This document shows positions 26,756-36,424 of a DNA stretch of 62,787 bases, piece after piece (the first letter of the stretch is position 1; the number at the start of each line of letters is the position of its first letter). Both the position numbers and the translations under genes were made by a program. Under the pieces are notes generated by a model that made no database searches, was not told the DNA's origin, and saw only the letters and a list, made by a program, of their open reading frames with translations. Origin of the DNA: a virus (Duplodnaviria; Caudoviricetes); the IMG/VR virus record IMGVR_UViG_3300044714_000076, positions 1 to 62,787 of that record. The stretch is one strand, 5' to 3'.

Positions 26756-27083
26756 TCATGCCTCCTGGAATCGGACTGAGCACTCGTGGTCCACCTCGGG
26801 TTAGCCCTGGATCGCTTTGAGCGCGCTGCTGTGCGGTAGCCTGGATGCGCGTGTTGTGCAGCATCAACTCCACCGCTGCCAGTTTCGACTGATCCATGTC
26901 CTCGATCAAGATGCCGTGGATCGACGTTGCCTTGAACTCGGCGTGCTGGCCGAAATCGTCGTCGATATGCAGGTCTTGCGTGGGGTGATCGGTTTTGAAG
27001 TTCTTGAAGCTTTCCGCTTTTTCCTTGGTTCGAAACAGAAAGCGGAGCGAGGCGGGGCCGGCGATGACGGTGATGCTATGCAC
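26742..27083 (-). CDS. Hypothetical protein
   Basis: AGGAG RBS; coupled to HTH gene. Confidence 0.65.
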   Translation of the reverse strand: MHSITVIAGPASLRFLFRTKEKAESFKNFKTDHPTQDLHIDDDFGQHAEFKATSIHGILIEDMDQSKLAAVELMLHNTRIQATAQQRAQSDPGLTRGGPRVLSPIPGGMNGMG

Positions 27084-27282
27084 GTTTTTTGCTCCTGAGT
27101 TGCTGGCTGTCCACCCATTTCAAGAACGCTGCTTTGGGGATTCTTGCGCGTGAGCGGCGTAATTTTATGACCGGTGGCCCGTCTTTTTTGCGCATCCAGA
27201 TGTAAAAAGTATTGGCGTGAACGCGCAGGTAACTCGCGGCTTCCTTCACCGTGAGGAAAGCGTTCGAATCCATGTTGACCAT
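27076..27282 (-). CDS. Excisionase-like (HTH_17) DNA-binding protein
   Basis: FLTVKEAASYLRVHANTFYIW...GPP..K...RIPK..F.KW. Confidence 0.85.
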   Translation of the reverse strand: MVNMDSNAFLTVKEAASYLRVHANTFYIWMRKKDGPPVIKLRRSRARIPKAAFLKWVDSQQLRSKKRA

Positions 27283-27423
27283 GAGGCGCCTTGAAATACG
27301 AATGAAATCGTATGAAGCACGATAGTTTCAAACCATAGCTTTGGCAAGAGGGTGCCCGTTAAGGTGCGGCAGTCGGTGCCTAATGGTGGGCCTGACGTGA
27401 TGCAACCTTGAAAGGGACACACG

Positions 27424-27468
27424 ATGTTCGTCCGCGAAAAGCGCAAGCATCGCAAGGGCCGCAAGTAA
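27424..27468 (+). CDS. 14-aa highly basic peptide (not in ORF track)
   Basis: MFVREKRKHRKGRK with AAAGGGA RBS at start of head operon. Confidence 0.55.
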   Translation: MFVREKRKHRKGRK

Positions 27469-27472
27469 GCCC

Positions 27473-27871
27473 ATGCCTGATGGCACCCCCGGCTCTGTTC
27501 CTGGCCAGCCGCAGCAACCTCAAGCACCTTTCGGTTCTACGCCGGCCGTTTCGCCGTCGCCGAACCGTGGCCACGAGGCTGCCGGGCTACAGAAGCTGGG
27601 GGTCGCACTTCAGAGTCTCACCGATGCACTGCCTTTGGTCGGCGCCAGCTCCGAACCGGGTCAGGCCATTCTCGACATGATCAAGAAGCTGGCCAAGTTC
27701 GTACCGCCTGGAACGATGACGCCGGCTGCCAATCGCAACCAGCTCGAAGCCACGGCGATGAAGCAGGGTCAGAACAATCAGCAGATGCAGGCGCTCAAGG
27801 CGATGCAAGCTGGAGGCCAGCAGGGTAAGCCCGGTGGTGCGCAGCCCCAACCGCAACCGGCCGCCGCATGA
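27473..27871 (+). CDS. Hypothetical Gln/Pro-rich head-module protein
   Basis: ORF between portal and scaffold. Confidence 0.7.
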   Translation: MPDGTPGSVPGQPQQPQAPFGSTPAVSPSPNRGHEAAGLQKLGVALQSLTDALPLVGASSEPGQAILDMIKKLAKFVPPGTMTPAANRNQLEATAMKQGQNNQQMQALKAMQAGGQQGKPGGAQPQPQPAAA

Positions 27872-28047
27872 GCATTTTCAAGACCGAGGTGCCTGAAGGA
27901 ATTTGCTGCACGATGGATCAAGTCGCGCGGACCAATAACGCGGACGATTTCAGCACCGAGAAACTGCCGTGGCTGGGCAAAGCCGCGAAGATGGATGTGC
28001 AGAATACGCAGCGCGGGGCTGTTCGAAGAAAGTCAGGAGAAAACTGA
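27868..28047 (+). CDS. 59-aa hypothetical protein (not in ORF track)
   Basis: MSIFKTEVPEG...; start and stop overlap both neighbours. Confidence 0.55.
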   Translation: MSIFKTEVPEGICCTMDQVARTNNADDFSTEKLPWLGKAAKMDVQNTQRGAVRRKSGEN

Positions 28048-28232
28048 TGCCAAATATCTTTCAAAACTCCGCGAAAACGATTCCCATGAAAGCCGACGAC
28101 CAGACCATTCGCGTCGATCTCGACGTGAACGAGATTGGCGGCCGGAAAAGCCATCTGCCGGCAACGGACAAGTCAGGCTCGCTCACGTTGAGCCACGTTC
28201 CGAACGCCGGCTCGACCACGGGTGGGAAGTAA
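28047..28232 (+). CDS. Hypothetical protein
   Basis: AGGAG RBS; MPNIFQ start. Confidence 0.6.
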   Translation: MPNIFQNSAKTIPMKADDQTIRVDLDVNEIGGRKSHLPATDKSGSLTLSHVPNAGSTTGGK

Positions 28233-28235
28233 CCC

Positions 28236-28832
28236 ATGGCCAAGATGATCGAGGTTGATGAGACCGAGTTTGCCAACGGGCAGGAGACCATCAAGGCCGT
28301 TCGCGAGATGCTGGCGCACCCCGATGCGGCCTTGCTCGTCGAGCGGGCGCGCAAGTTGGTGAAACCAGACGTGCCAACACCGCGGCTTGACGCGCACAAG
28401 CAGGCCAACGAGCCGATCGAGAAGCTGGAAGCGAAGATCGCTGAGCTTCAGAAAAAGGTTGACGACAAAGAATCTGAGCGCGAGAAAAACGAGAAGTTGG
28501 CTGCGCTTCAGAAAATGGTTGACGCCGGCCATGAGCAACTGAAGCGTGAAGGCTGGCAGCCTGACGGTCTCAAGGCGCTGGCCGAGTGGCAGGAAAAAAA
28601 GGGAATTCTCGACCCGATTGATGCCGCTGCCGCTTACGAGCGCCAGCATGGCTCGCAGGTCGCGCCGGCCACGCCGTCCAGTCATATCGGCGGCTGGGAC
28701 TTCACCAATCCTTCGACGCAGGACGAGGACTACACCAAGAAGCTCTTGGAGACCAAGGGTGAGAGCGAGTCGCTTGTCATGCAACAGGCGATGAAATCGC
28801 TGAATGAGTTTCGCGGTTCGAACCGGCGCTGA
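28236..28832 (+). CDS. Putative capsid scaffolding protein
   Basis: Charged coiled coil directly upstream of capsid gene. Confidence 0.65.
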   Translation: MAKMIEVDETEFANGQETIKAVREMLAHPDAALLVERARKLVKPDVPTPRLDAHKQANEPIEKLEAKIAELQKKVDDKESEREKNEKLAALQKMVDAGHEQLKREGWQPDGLKALAEWQEKKGILDPIDAAAAYERQHGSQVAPATPSSHIGGWDFTNPSTQDEDYTKKLLETKGESESLVMQQAMKSLNEFRGSNRR

Positions 28833-28864
28833 TGCCGAGTACATTCGACCTAGGAGTTAGGTAA

Positions 28865-29905
28865 ATGCCCCTTCCCGGTATCGGCGTCGCACCTGCCGCA
28901 GGTTCACTTTACTCTGAGTTAGCAAGTACTACACGCAGGGCTTTCGTCCCGCGTCTCTTTGTACAAATCTATTTTGGCTCGCCCACGCTTTTCTACATGA
29001 TGGGCAACGCCCAAAAAGCTGCGGGCGGCCTCAACCAAATCACCATACCGTTGCAAGGCGGATCGATGGTGCAAGGTCAATTTACCGGTTATGGCGGCGG
29101 CTTCAACTCACCGCAGATCATCCCGGCGATTCAGAACGGTCAATGGAATCTGGCGTACTGGGTCGTGCCGGTTCCGCTGCCCTTCGGCGAAACGATCATC
29201 CAGGCAACCGACCGCGAGATCAGCCTGCTCAAAGCCCGCATGAACGACGTTGCTGCGGTGACCAAGCAGAATTTCGCCAGCCTGCTGTTCTCCAACAACA
29301 CGGCGAACTCGCTTTACCCGAACAGCTTCTACGATGCCTTCGACAACGGCACCAACGTCCCGAATTACGGTGGCATCAATCGGAATGCGCAGGGCAACAC
29401 GGCCTTCCAGGGCCAGTACATCAACACCAACAACGCCGCGCTGTTCTCGTTCTCGTCCGGCTTCACGCGCCAGAATATGGCAACGATGCTGTCCTACATC
29501 ACCAACCAGGCCGGCGGCGAAGCGCCGACCTTTGTGGTCATGTCGCCCGGCGATTACGCGACGCTGAACCTGTCGTTCATCGGAACGGAAAACACCTACA
29601 TCGTCCCCGGCTCCACCTACACGATGGATACCGCGGTGCGGTCGAGCTTCCCGAACCTCGTTGTCTCGGGCATCCCGATCTTCCAGGATCACTTCTGTCC
29701 GACCAATCACGCCTACGCCGTCAACACCAAGTACACCGCGATGTACTTGTCCGAGGATGCCGCGTTCGATTTCAGCGGGTTCTACTCGCTGGTGCCCTTG
29801 GGGCAGATCGGTCAGCAAGGTGTCGTGGTCGTCGGCTACGATGTGGTGTCCGCGAAGTCGGTGTCGGGCGCGCACATCTACAATATCCAGAATAACCAGT
29901 TCTAA
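28865..29905 (+). CDS. Major capsid protein
   Basis: 346 aa, strong RBS, YGGINR and GIPIFQD..CP motifs, position. Confidence 0.82.
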   Translation: MPLPGIGVAPAAGSLYSELASTTRRAFVPRLFVQIYFGSPTLFYMMGNAQKAAGGLNQITIPLQGGSMVQGQFTGYGGGFNSPQIIPAIQNGQWNLAYWVVPVPLPFGETIIQATDREISLLKARMNDVAAVTKQNFASLLFSNNTANSLYPNSFYDAFDNGTNVPNYGGINRNAQGNTAFQGQYINTNNAALFSFSSGFTRQNMATMLSYITNQAGGEAPTFVVMSPGDYATLNLSFIGTENTYIVPGSTYTMDTAVRSSFPNLVVSGIPIFQDHFCPTNHAYAVNTKYTAMYLSEDAAFDFSGFYSLVPLGQIGQQGVVVVGYDVVSAKSVSGAHIYNIQNNQF

Positions 29906-29917
29906 GGAGCAACTTGA

Positions 29918-31066
29918 ATGCCAGCCCCCCTCTCAGGTCCCGGCGTTGGGCTCCCAGTCCCCACTTCGCTTTATCCCAGCGAATTGAACAACGCGCCCTA
30001 CGATTTCGCGACCAATCACGTTTGCCTCGCGCCCGGCGAGAACATCGTCATTCCTGCCGGCGACTGGTTCCTCGGCATGGGCGGCTATTTGGTGATGCAG
30101 TGGCGGGATCCAATCACCAACTTGTGGACCTTCACTTCCGGCGGCGCATACAATCGCACGAAATTCGTCAAGAGCGATGGTTTCAACGTTCGCATGGCCA
30201 ATCTGACCGGCTGCCCGGTGTCGGCGTTCATCGCCAGCCAAGGCTCGGCTTATGTCCAGTCCACGACCACGGTTACCGCGACCGGCGGCACCTCGACCTG
30301 GCAGCCGATCGTCGGCGGCGCGCTCGCGTTTGTCGGCGGCTCGGTGGCTTCGGTCGGTGGCGGTTACGGCATCGCACCGCTTTGCCTTATCCCGGCGCCT
30401 CCCGGCCCTTCGAACAACGCGAACGGCGTTGGCGGCGTTGCGGCGAGCGCTTACGTCGGCATCTCCAGCGGTACGGTGGTCCTGACCGGCGTGACTTTTA
30501 CCAACCAGGGTGCCGGCTATCCGTCCGCGCCTGCCAACTTCGCGCTTTTGCCGGTGCCGACCGATCCGAATCTCTCAGTTGGTATTACGCTTGCCACTGT
30601 TGCGTTCAGCCTGACCAACTCGGGCTTGCTGACCGCGGTGCTTTGCACCAATCCGGGCGCCCCGCTCGCCACGCCGACCGCCATCACCTTGGCTGTCTCG
30701 GGCGCGGGTGTGACCGGCACGGTGTCGGCGGTGGTCATGCAGACCATCACGGCGGCGTCCGTGGCCGGCGCCGGTATCGGCTACGCGGCGTCGTCGCCGG
30801 TCATTACGGCCGGCGGTGTGCCGTCGCAGGGCACCATCACCGGTTCGCCGAACCATCAGTATCTGTCGTGGTTCCCGCGACCGGCGAACATCGCCATCAC
30901 CGGCGCGACGCAAGGCGCACCCGGCACGATCTACGATGGCGGTCTGTTCCTCGCCGCGCCTATCGTCTCGTGGCCGCCGACGCTCGGCGCCACCGGCACG
31001 GTCGGCACCGTCTCGCTGGTCATGGGTAGCGCGCCCGATATCGCGGTCATCCAGCCGGCTCCGTAA
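29918..31066 (+). CDS. Putative capsid decoration/structural protein
   Basis: Follows capsid gene; Gly/Thr/Ala-rich beta repeats (TNQGAGY). Confidence 0.6.
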   Translation: MPAPLSGPGVGLPVPTSLYPSELNNAPYDFATNHVCLAPGENIVIPAGDWFLGMGGYLVMQWRDPITNLWTFTSGGAYNRTKFVKSDGFNVRMANLTGCPVSAFIASQGSAYVQSTTTVTATGGTSTWQPIVGGALAFVGGSVASVGGGYGIAPLCLIPAPPGPSNNANGVGGVAASAYVGISSGTVVLTGVTFTNQGAGYPSAPANFALLPVPTDPNLSVGITLATVAFSLTNSGLLTAVLCTNPGAPLATPTAITLAVSGAGVTGTVSAVVMQTITAASVAGAGIGYAASSPVITAGGVPSQGTITGSPNHQYLSWFPRPANIAITGATQGAPGTIYDGGLFLAAPIVSWPPTLGATGTVGTVSLVMGSAPDIAVIQPAP

Positions 31067-31311
31067 TGGCGACGTACTCGCTGAGTGCAACGGGGGTCGT
31101 GGCGGGCGGGTTTCAGTTGAACACCGCCAAGATCTACGATATTCCCGATCTCAGCTCGTCGGGCGTTATGACCGGCGTGGACGAGGGCCGCAAGCAGGCC
31201 ATGCGGCTTGGCGATCCGATTCTGGTCAAACAGCCGGACGGGTCGCAGCGGTGGATGAAGCTCGACGCCGAGCGATCGACGGGGGCCAATCCTATTTTGG
31301 TGCCGGTTTAA
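31066..31311 (+). CDS. Hypothetical structural-module protein
   Basis: Coupled ORF. Confidence 0.6.
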   Translation: MATYSLSATGVVAGGFQLNTAKIYDIPDLSSSGVMTGVDEGRKQAMRLGDPILVKQPDGSQRWMKLDAERSTGANPILVPV

Positions 31312-31343
31312 CCGTGGTATAAGCACGGCAGAGGTAGCTTGCC

Positions 31344-32117
31344 GTGCTCGCGCAATATTTGACCCTTACCCAGAATTTGCTTCAGGCGCCGGGTGCGCCT
31401 GTTTCGCTTTATCCTACGGCGTTGCTCACCAACTATATCAATATCGCGAGAGGTCAGGTTGCTGGCGAAGCGCAGTGCATTCGGCGCATCGGTACGATCC
31501 CCACCATAATCGGCACTCGTGGCGGGTATGCTTTTTCCTCGATCACGTTTACCGATACTGCGGTGCAAGGCGCGATCAATGTCCGACGCATCATGTATAA
31601 TGTGGGCCAAGGGCAGGCGTGGATTAAAGGCAAGAGTTGGAGCTGGTTCGACTTCCAGAGATTCAACAATCCTGTGCCGACGAGCGGAGCACCGACCGAA
31701 TGGGCGCAACACGCACAAGGATCGGCGGGTACCGGGTCGATAACGGGCGAGGGCACCGGCACAATGTCGAGCGGGTCGTTCTATATCGATCCGATTCCCG
31801 ACATGGTTTACACGTTGAATTGCGATTGCTGCTGCTATCCGGTTGCATTGGTGCTCGACACAGACAAGGAAGCACTGCCTTATTTATTCACGGATGCAGT
31901 ACCCTACTTTTCGGCCTATCTAGCTTTGATGTCGGCGCAAACCTCGACGCGGCTGCAACAGGCCCAGCAACTATTCGCTCTGTACGAGCAGTTCATGGCG
32001 CGAGCGCGCAACTTTTCAAACCCTGACCTTAATAATTTTGCTTACGAGCAATCGCCCGACCCGTTCAAGGCGAATAGACTAGGCACGGGTCAGGCACCGC
32101 AGCAAGGGGCTGCGTGA
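31344..32117 (+). CDS. Head-tail adaptor-like protein, paralog 1
   Basis: LTNYINIAR, IDPIPDMVY, DAVPYF. Confidence 0.65.
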   Translation: MLAQYLTLTQNLLQAPGAPVSLYPTALLTNYINIARGQVAGEAQCIRRIGTIPTIIGTRGGYAFSSITFTDTAVQGAINVRRIMYNVGQGQAWIKGKSWSWFDFQRFNNPVPTSGAPTEWAQHAQGSAGTGSITGEGTGTMSSGSFYIDPIPDMVYTLNCDCCCYPVALVLDTDKEALPYLFTDAVPYFSAYLALMSAQTSTRLQQAQQLFALYEQFMARARNFSNPDLNNFAYEQSPDPFKANRLGTGQAPQQGAA

Positions 32118-33046
32118 TGGCATCGCTGAATAGCTACATCGCACAAATCCAAAGATTTGCTCGCGACCAGAAGCAAACTTTTCTCGATATTGGTAATCTG
32201 ACCGACTACATCAATCAAGCTCGTCGCGAAGTGGCGATGCGCGCGCAATGTATTCGGGCCGTTCCGCCGATCAGCGGTTCAATCATTTCGTGGACCGTGA
32301 CGAACGAAGGTTCGGGCTATTCGAGCAGCCCGACGCTCACGATTACCGGCCCCGACTTTCCAAGCGGACAGCTTCCGAGCCCTGGCGGCGCGCAAGCGAC
32401 GGCAAACTGCATCGTGTCCGGCGGTAAGATAGTCGCGATCTTCAGCACTTTTGGCGGTTATGGCTACTTCCAGCCGCAGATGACGATTACGGATGTGAGC
32501 GGTACTGGGGCGACGGCTACTGCTGTGCTCTCGCCGATTGCGCAAGTGAAACAGAATCAGGAAGTGTACAATTTTTCCGATTTCGATTTGAGCACGTTTC
32601 CCGGCGTGAAGGAAATTTACTATGTGCGCTCGGCGTCGATCATTTATGCGAACTATCGCTATTCGCTGCCGTGCTACGCCTTCTCGATTTATCAGGCATA
32701 CGTGAGGCAGTACCCGTTTCAATACCAGTACGTGCCGACGTTCTTCAGCCAATTCGGGCAGGGAGCTGCTGGCTCCCTGTTTTTCTATCCCTACCCGAGC
32801 CAATCGTACCAGGTCGAGCTTGATTGCTGCTGCATTCCGAGCGACCTTACGGACAACCAATCGGTCGAGGCAATCCCGGATCCCTGGTGCGACGCGGTGC
32901 CATACTTCGCAACGAAGCTGGCGTTTGAGGAACTGCAAAACCTCAATGCGGCGCGTTACTATGAGGATCAGTTCAATCGACGCGCGCTTGGCTATTCACA
33001 GTACGCGAGAGCCGGGCGGATGATCAATCCATACGGTCGCGTGTAA
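32114..33046 (+). CDS. Head-tail adaptor-like protein, paralog 2 with GSGY insert
   Basis: LTDYINQAR, YPYPSQSY, DAVPYF. Confidence 0.65.
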   Translation: MMASLNSYIAQIQRFARDQKQTFLDIGNLTDYINQARREVAMRAQCIRAVPPISGSIISWTVTNEGSGYSSSPTLTITGPDFPSGQLPSPGGAQATANCIVSGGKIVAIFSTFGGYGYFQPQMTITDVSGTGATATAVLSPIAQVKQNQEVYNFSDFDLSTFPGVKEIYYVRSASIIYANYRYSLPCYAFSIYQAYVRQYPFQYQYVPTFFSQFGQGAAGSLFFYPYPSQSYQVELDCCCIPSDLTDNQSVEAIPDPWCDAVPYFATKLAFEELQNLNAARYYEDQFNRRALGYSQYARAGRMINPYGRV

Positions 33047-33056
33047 GGAGAATTAA

Positions 33057-33518
33057 ATGGCTGTTGCAACCTTAGAAAAACTCGAGAACATCACGACAAT
33101 CTCAACCTTGCGCCGCTTCGCCCTCCCCGACCTCGACACCCATGGCGCCTTCCTCCTGGAGCGCCTGAAAACCTCCTATTCTCATCTCAATGACCGCTTC
33201 ATTCTCGGCTGGATCAGATCGTTGCTCTACGACAACGCGAACCTGTTTCTCTACCAGGATCACAGCGTCGCACTATTCCAGCTCACCAACATCTACTCGC
33301 TGGCCCCCAAGCCCGAGATCATCGAGCGTTTCGTTTTCTGCAAGGAAGGTTTCCAGAAGGAAGGTGGCGCGTTCTACGCCGAGGTGGCGCAGTGGGCCAA
33401 GTCGCTGAGTGTGGAGAAAATCTGGGTTGAGGAACTCTCGGACGTTCCTCACGAGATCATCAAGGAAAATATCGGCCGCATCTTCACGAGGCAGCAGCAG
33501 TTCGCCCGGATTTCGTAA
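33057..33518 (+). CDS. Hypothetical protein, possible GNAT fold
   Basis: Strong RBS; size and position typical of podovirus tail-assembly GNAT-like proteins. Confidence 0.5.
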   Translation: MAVATLEKLENITTISTLRRFALPDLDTHGAFLLERLKTSYSHLNDRFILGWIRSLLYDNANLFLYQDHSVALFQLTNIYSLAPKPEIIERFVFCKEGFQKEGGAFYAEVAQWAKSLSVEKIWVEELSDVPHEIIKENIGRIFTRQQQFARIS

Positions 33519-35843
33519 ATGCCTCCTAACCAGCAACAACAGCCTCAACAGGGCGATCTTGCTGGCCTGACCTTCAACCAGTTTGCCGGCGTCAACACGG
33601 CCACGACTCGTCCCGGTGTGCCGGACGAGATGGCCTATTGGCTCGACGGCTTCATGCCGCTCGCCCCAAGCAATCTGCGCACGCTGTACGGCATCGGCAA
33701 CGCGATCTATACCGCGACCGGCGGCAAGACCATTGTCTGCTTCTATTTTTACAACCTCGGTGCCACACCCTATGCAATCGTTTTCCTCTCGGACGGCTCC
33801 GCGATCCAGGTCAACACCTCGACCGGTGCTGCGACGACGGTCCTCACGGCTGGCACGATCATCGGTCCTAGCATAACCACACTCGGCATCACCCAGTACG
33901 GTTCGCAGTATCTGATCATCGTCGCCAATCAACCTAATGGCTACTGGGTCTGGGATGGTTCCTTGCTTTACACAGGCGGTACTCTTGCTCCGCAAGTCAC
34001 GCTGACGAATGTGGGCAGCGCTTACCAAACACCACCTTCAGTGACCGCGAGCGGCGGTCACGGTTCGGGTGCGACATTTGTCGCTACGATCGGCGGCGGC
34101 GTCGTGACCAACGTTACCGAGACCAATCCAGGGTCGGGCTACTTGCCGGGCGACGTGGTGACGCTGACTTTCACGGGCGGCACGCTTGCCGGCAGTGGCG
34201 CGTCTCTTACCGCTGTTCTTACTCATGTTGCCGCGGGTTCGGGCGGTGTGCTGACGCCGAATTTCGTTTTGATCAGCTCTGGCGGCGGGAAAAGTGTTTA
34301 CCAATGTACGGGCATTACGATCACGAGTGCCGGTTCTTCTTATAGCACGAGTCTTTCTGCTGGGTTTAACGCGACGCCGGCTGGGTCGTTCTGGGGAGTA
34401 AACGTATTGGCGCCCACCCCCGGCGTATCGGTCACCGAAACTACCGGCGCGATCACAGGTGCAACTCTTGCCGCTAATCCGAGCAACCCTAATAATTATT
34501 ATGAGACGCCAACCGCTTCGCCGGCTTTTCCTACGATCTCGGTGACCGATACCAGCTATTACTATGTGTCGAGCGTCACGATCAGCAATGGTGGAACGAA
34601 TTACAGCCCCGGCACAACGATCACGGCATCGGGCGGCGGTACGCCAACAACGCAAGCGTCAATTCTACCTATTATTTCGTCCGGCGTCATCACGGGCGTT
34701 AATATCACCAATGGCGGCGTCTACGGATCGAACACACCACCAACCCTGACCGTGACCGATACTGCTGTCAGTGCCGCCGGCACGGTTACCCTCATGCCGT
34801 TCGGCATCCAAGGCACCGCTGCGGAGACTTATCAAGGCCACGTCTGGGTGGTGAATGGTACGCTCATAAATTTCAGTGCCCCAGGCAGTGTTTCTAACTT
34901 CGCCACGAGCGCAGGCGGCGGGTCAGATCAGACCAACAACTCCTACACCAAGGTCGGTTATTCCCAACTCGTCTCGACCAACGGCTTCTTATTCCTGATC
35001 GGCGACTCGTCGATGGATTACATCTCGGGCGTCGTCACGAACACACCGCAGGGCGGCAATCCGACGACGACTTACACGCAGAACAACAGCGATCCCGAGG
35101 TGGGCACGCCTTATCCGGCCGCAGTGACGACGTTGGGGCAGGAAATTCTTTGCGCCAATTCGGCCGGCGTTTTCGTCTCGTCGGGCGGCGCGTTCGTCAA
35201 GAAGTCGGAACCGATGGACGGCGTGTACAACACGACACCAAACTTCAACGGCTTGCAGCTCAGCGCCGCCAAGGCAACGATCTTTGGCAAGCGGGTGTGG
35301 ATGGTGCTGGTCAATATCGTCGATCCGGTGGCGAACACCACCCAGAACAAGATTCTCATGTACAATGGCCAGCGTTGGTGGGCCTCGACGCAGGATGTGG
35401 CGTTAGAATTCATCGGTGGGCAGGAGATCAACTCGGTTTACACCGCATGGGGAACCGACAACACGCATCTCTATCCGCTGTTCCAGGTGCCATCGACGGC
35501 GTTTGCCAAGACCGCGCAAACAAAACTATGGGACGACCCGGGCGGTATCGAGTCGTCTAAGGCCGACTCCCGCTTCTGGAGCGTGTGGCAATACTACAGC
35601 GCGACCAATCCGAATTTCTTCCTCGACGTGGATGCCGTGGGGATCGACTCTGGCGGTAATCAGTACACCAATACGCAATCCTATACGATCACTGGACCGA
35701 CCGGCACGGGGTTCTTCGTGACTCAGCCGCTTGCTGTTGGGCAACAAGGCGTGTTGACGGGAATGACGATCGTCACGAGTGCTGCCGATGCCGCGCTGAT
35801 CGTTGCGAAGATCGGCGCCGAGAACGTGGGATTCCGCGGATGA
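33519..35843 (+). CDS. Tail nozzle/stabilisation-like protein with repeat insert
   Basis: FAGVNT N-terminus, beta-rich, TYQGHVWV...NFSAP; central GSGY-type repeats. Confidence 0.65.
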   Translation: MPPNQQQQPQQGDLAGLTFNQFAGVNTATTRPGVPDEMAYWLDGFMPLAPSNLRTLYGIGNAIYTATGGKTIVCFYFYNLGATPYAIVFLSDGSAIQVNTSTGAATTVLTAGTIIGPSITTLGITQYGSQYLIIVANQPNGYWVWDGSLLYTGGTLAPQVTLTNVGSAYQTPPSVTASGGHGSGATFVATIGGGVVTNVTETNPGSGYLPGDVVTLTFTGGTLAGSGASLTAVLTHVAAGSGGVLTPNFVLISSGGGKSVYQCTGITITSAGSSYSTSLSAGFNATPAGSFWGVNVLAPTPGVSVTETTGAITGATLAANPSNPNNYYETPTASPAFPTISVTDTSYYYVSSVTISNGGTNYSPGTTITASGGGTPTTQASILPIISSGVITGVNITNGGVYGSNTPPTLTVTDTAVSAAGTVTLMPFGIQGTAAETYQGHVWVVNGTLINFSAPGSVSNFATSAGGGSDQTNNSYTKVGYSQLVSTNGFLFLIGDSSMDYISGVVTNTPQGGNPTTTYTQNNSDPEVGTPYPAAVTTLGQEILCANSAGVFVSSGGAFVKKSEPMDGVYNTTPNFNGLQLSAAKATIFGKRVWMVLVNIVDPVANTTQNKILMYNGQRWWASTQDVALEFIGGQEINSVYTAWGTDNTHLYPLFQVPSTAFAKTAQTKLWDDPGGIESSKADSRFWSVWQYYSATNPNFFLDVDAVGIDSGGNQYTNTQSYTITGPTGTGFFVTQPLAVGQQGVLTGMTIVTSAADAALIVAKIGAENVGFRG

Positions 35844-36415
35844 GCCTGCCCGCCCTTTACGCGCAACCGACCGATCCCGCGTCGTGGCAGGCGTGGGCAT
35901 GGAATCATCAGGCCAACCACTTTGACATCGTACAAGCGGGGATGCGCTACCAGAACACGTCGCTCACTATCGCGACGAACATCGCTTCGTTGTCCGGCGG
36001 CTTCGTGCTCGGCTTTGCCTCGACGACTGGCGTGAAGGTTGGCATGGCGGTGAGCGACACGACCACGCCGGCATCGATCGCGAACGGCAGCGAGGTGAAC
36101 GCGCTCAACACGACCGAGGTACAGATCGGCATTGCGCTGACAGGGAATGTGGGGAGCGGTGACAGCATTTTTTTTGGGCCGGGGGCAAACGTGTTGCCGT
36201 TGACCCAATATCAGCTTAGCCCGGTCGATCCAGACAATCTCGGTATGTGGCTATATCAGCATCAAATCGCGCATAATCAGATCAATCAGGTACTTGGCAC
36301 CCAGGGCTTCAATCTGTTAGACTTGGATTGGGATGACCCGGACCAATTCCAGCAATGGATTAACCAGAACGCATCCGAGCATCAAACAATTTGCACCGCT
36401 TTAGGCATCGGGTAG
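35840..36415 (+). CDS. Hypothetical virion protein
   Basis: WLYQHQIAH and W...EH motifs; coupled. Confidence 0.65.
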   Translation: MSLPALYAQPTDPASWQAWAWNHQANHFDIVQAGMRYQNTSLTIATNIASLSGGFVLGFASTTGVKVGMAVSDTTTPASIANGSEVNALNTTEVQIGIALTGNVGSGDSIFFGPGANVLPLTQYQLSPVDPDNLGMWLYQHQIAHNQINQVLGTQGFNLLDLDWDDPDQFQQWINQNASEHQTICTALGIG

Positions 36416-36424
36416 GAGGTTTGA

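Noticed and set aside
27391-27420. Hammerhead ribozyme (CTGACG...GAAA)
   Set aside because: The core reads CUGACGU rather than CUGANGA, and the flanking stems do not form.
29108-31029. Long alternative-frame ORFs over the capsid and decoration genes
   Set aside because: Arg-rich translations typical of off-frame GC-rich coding DNA.
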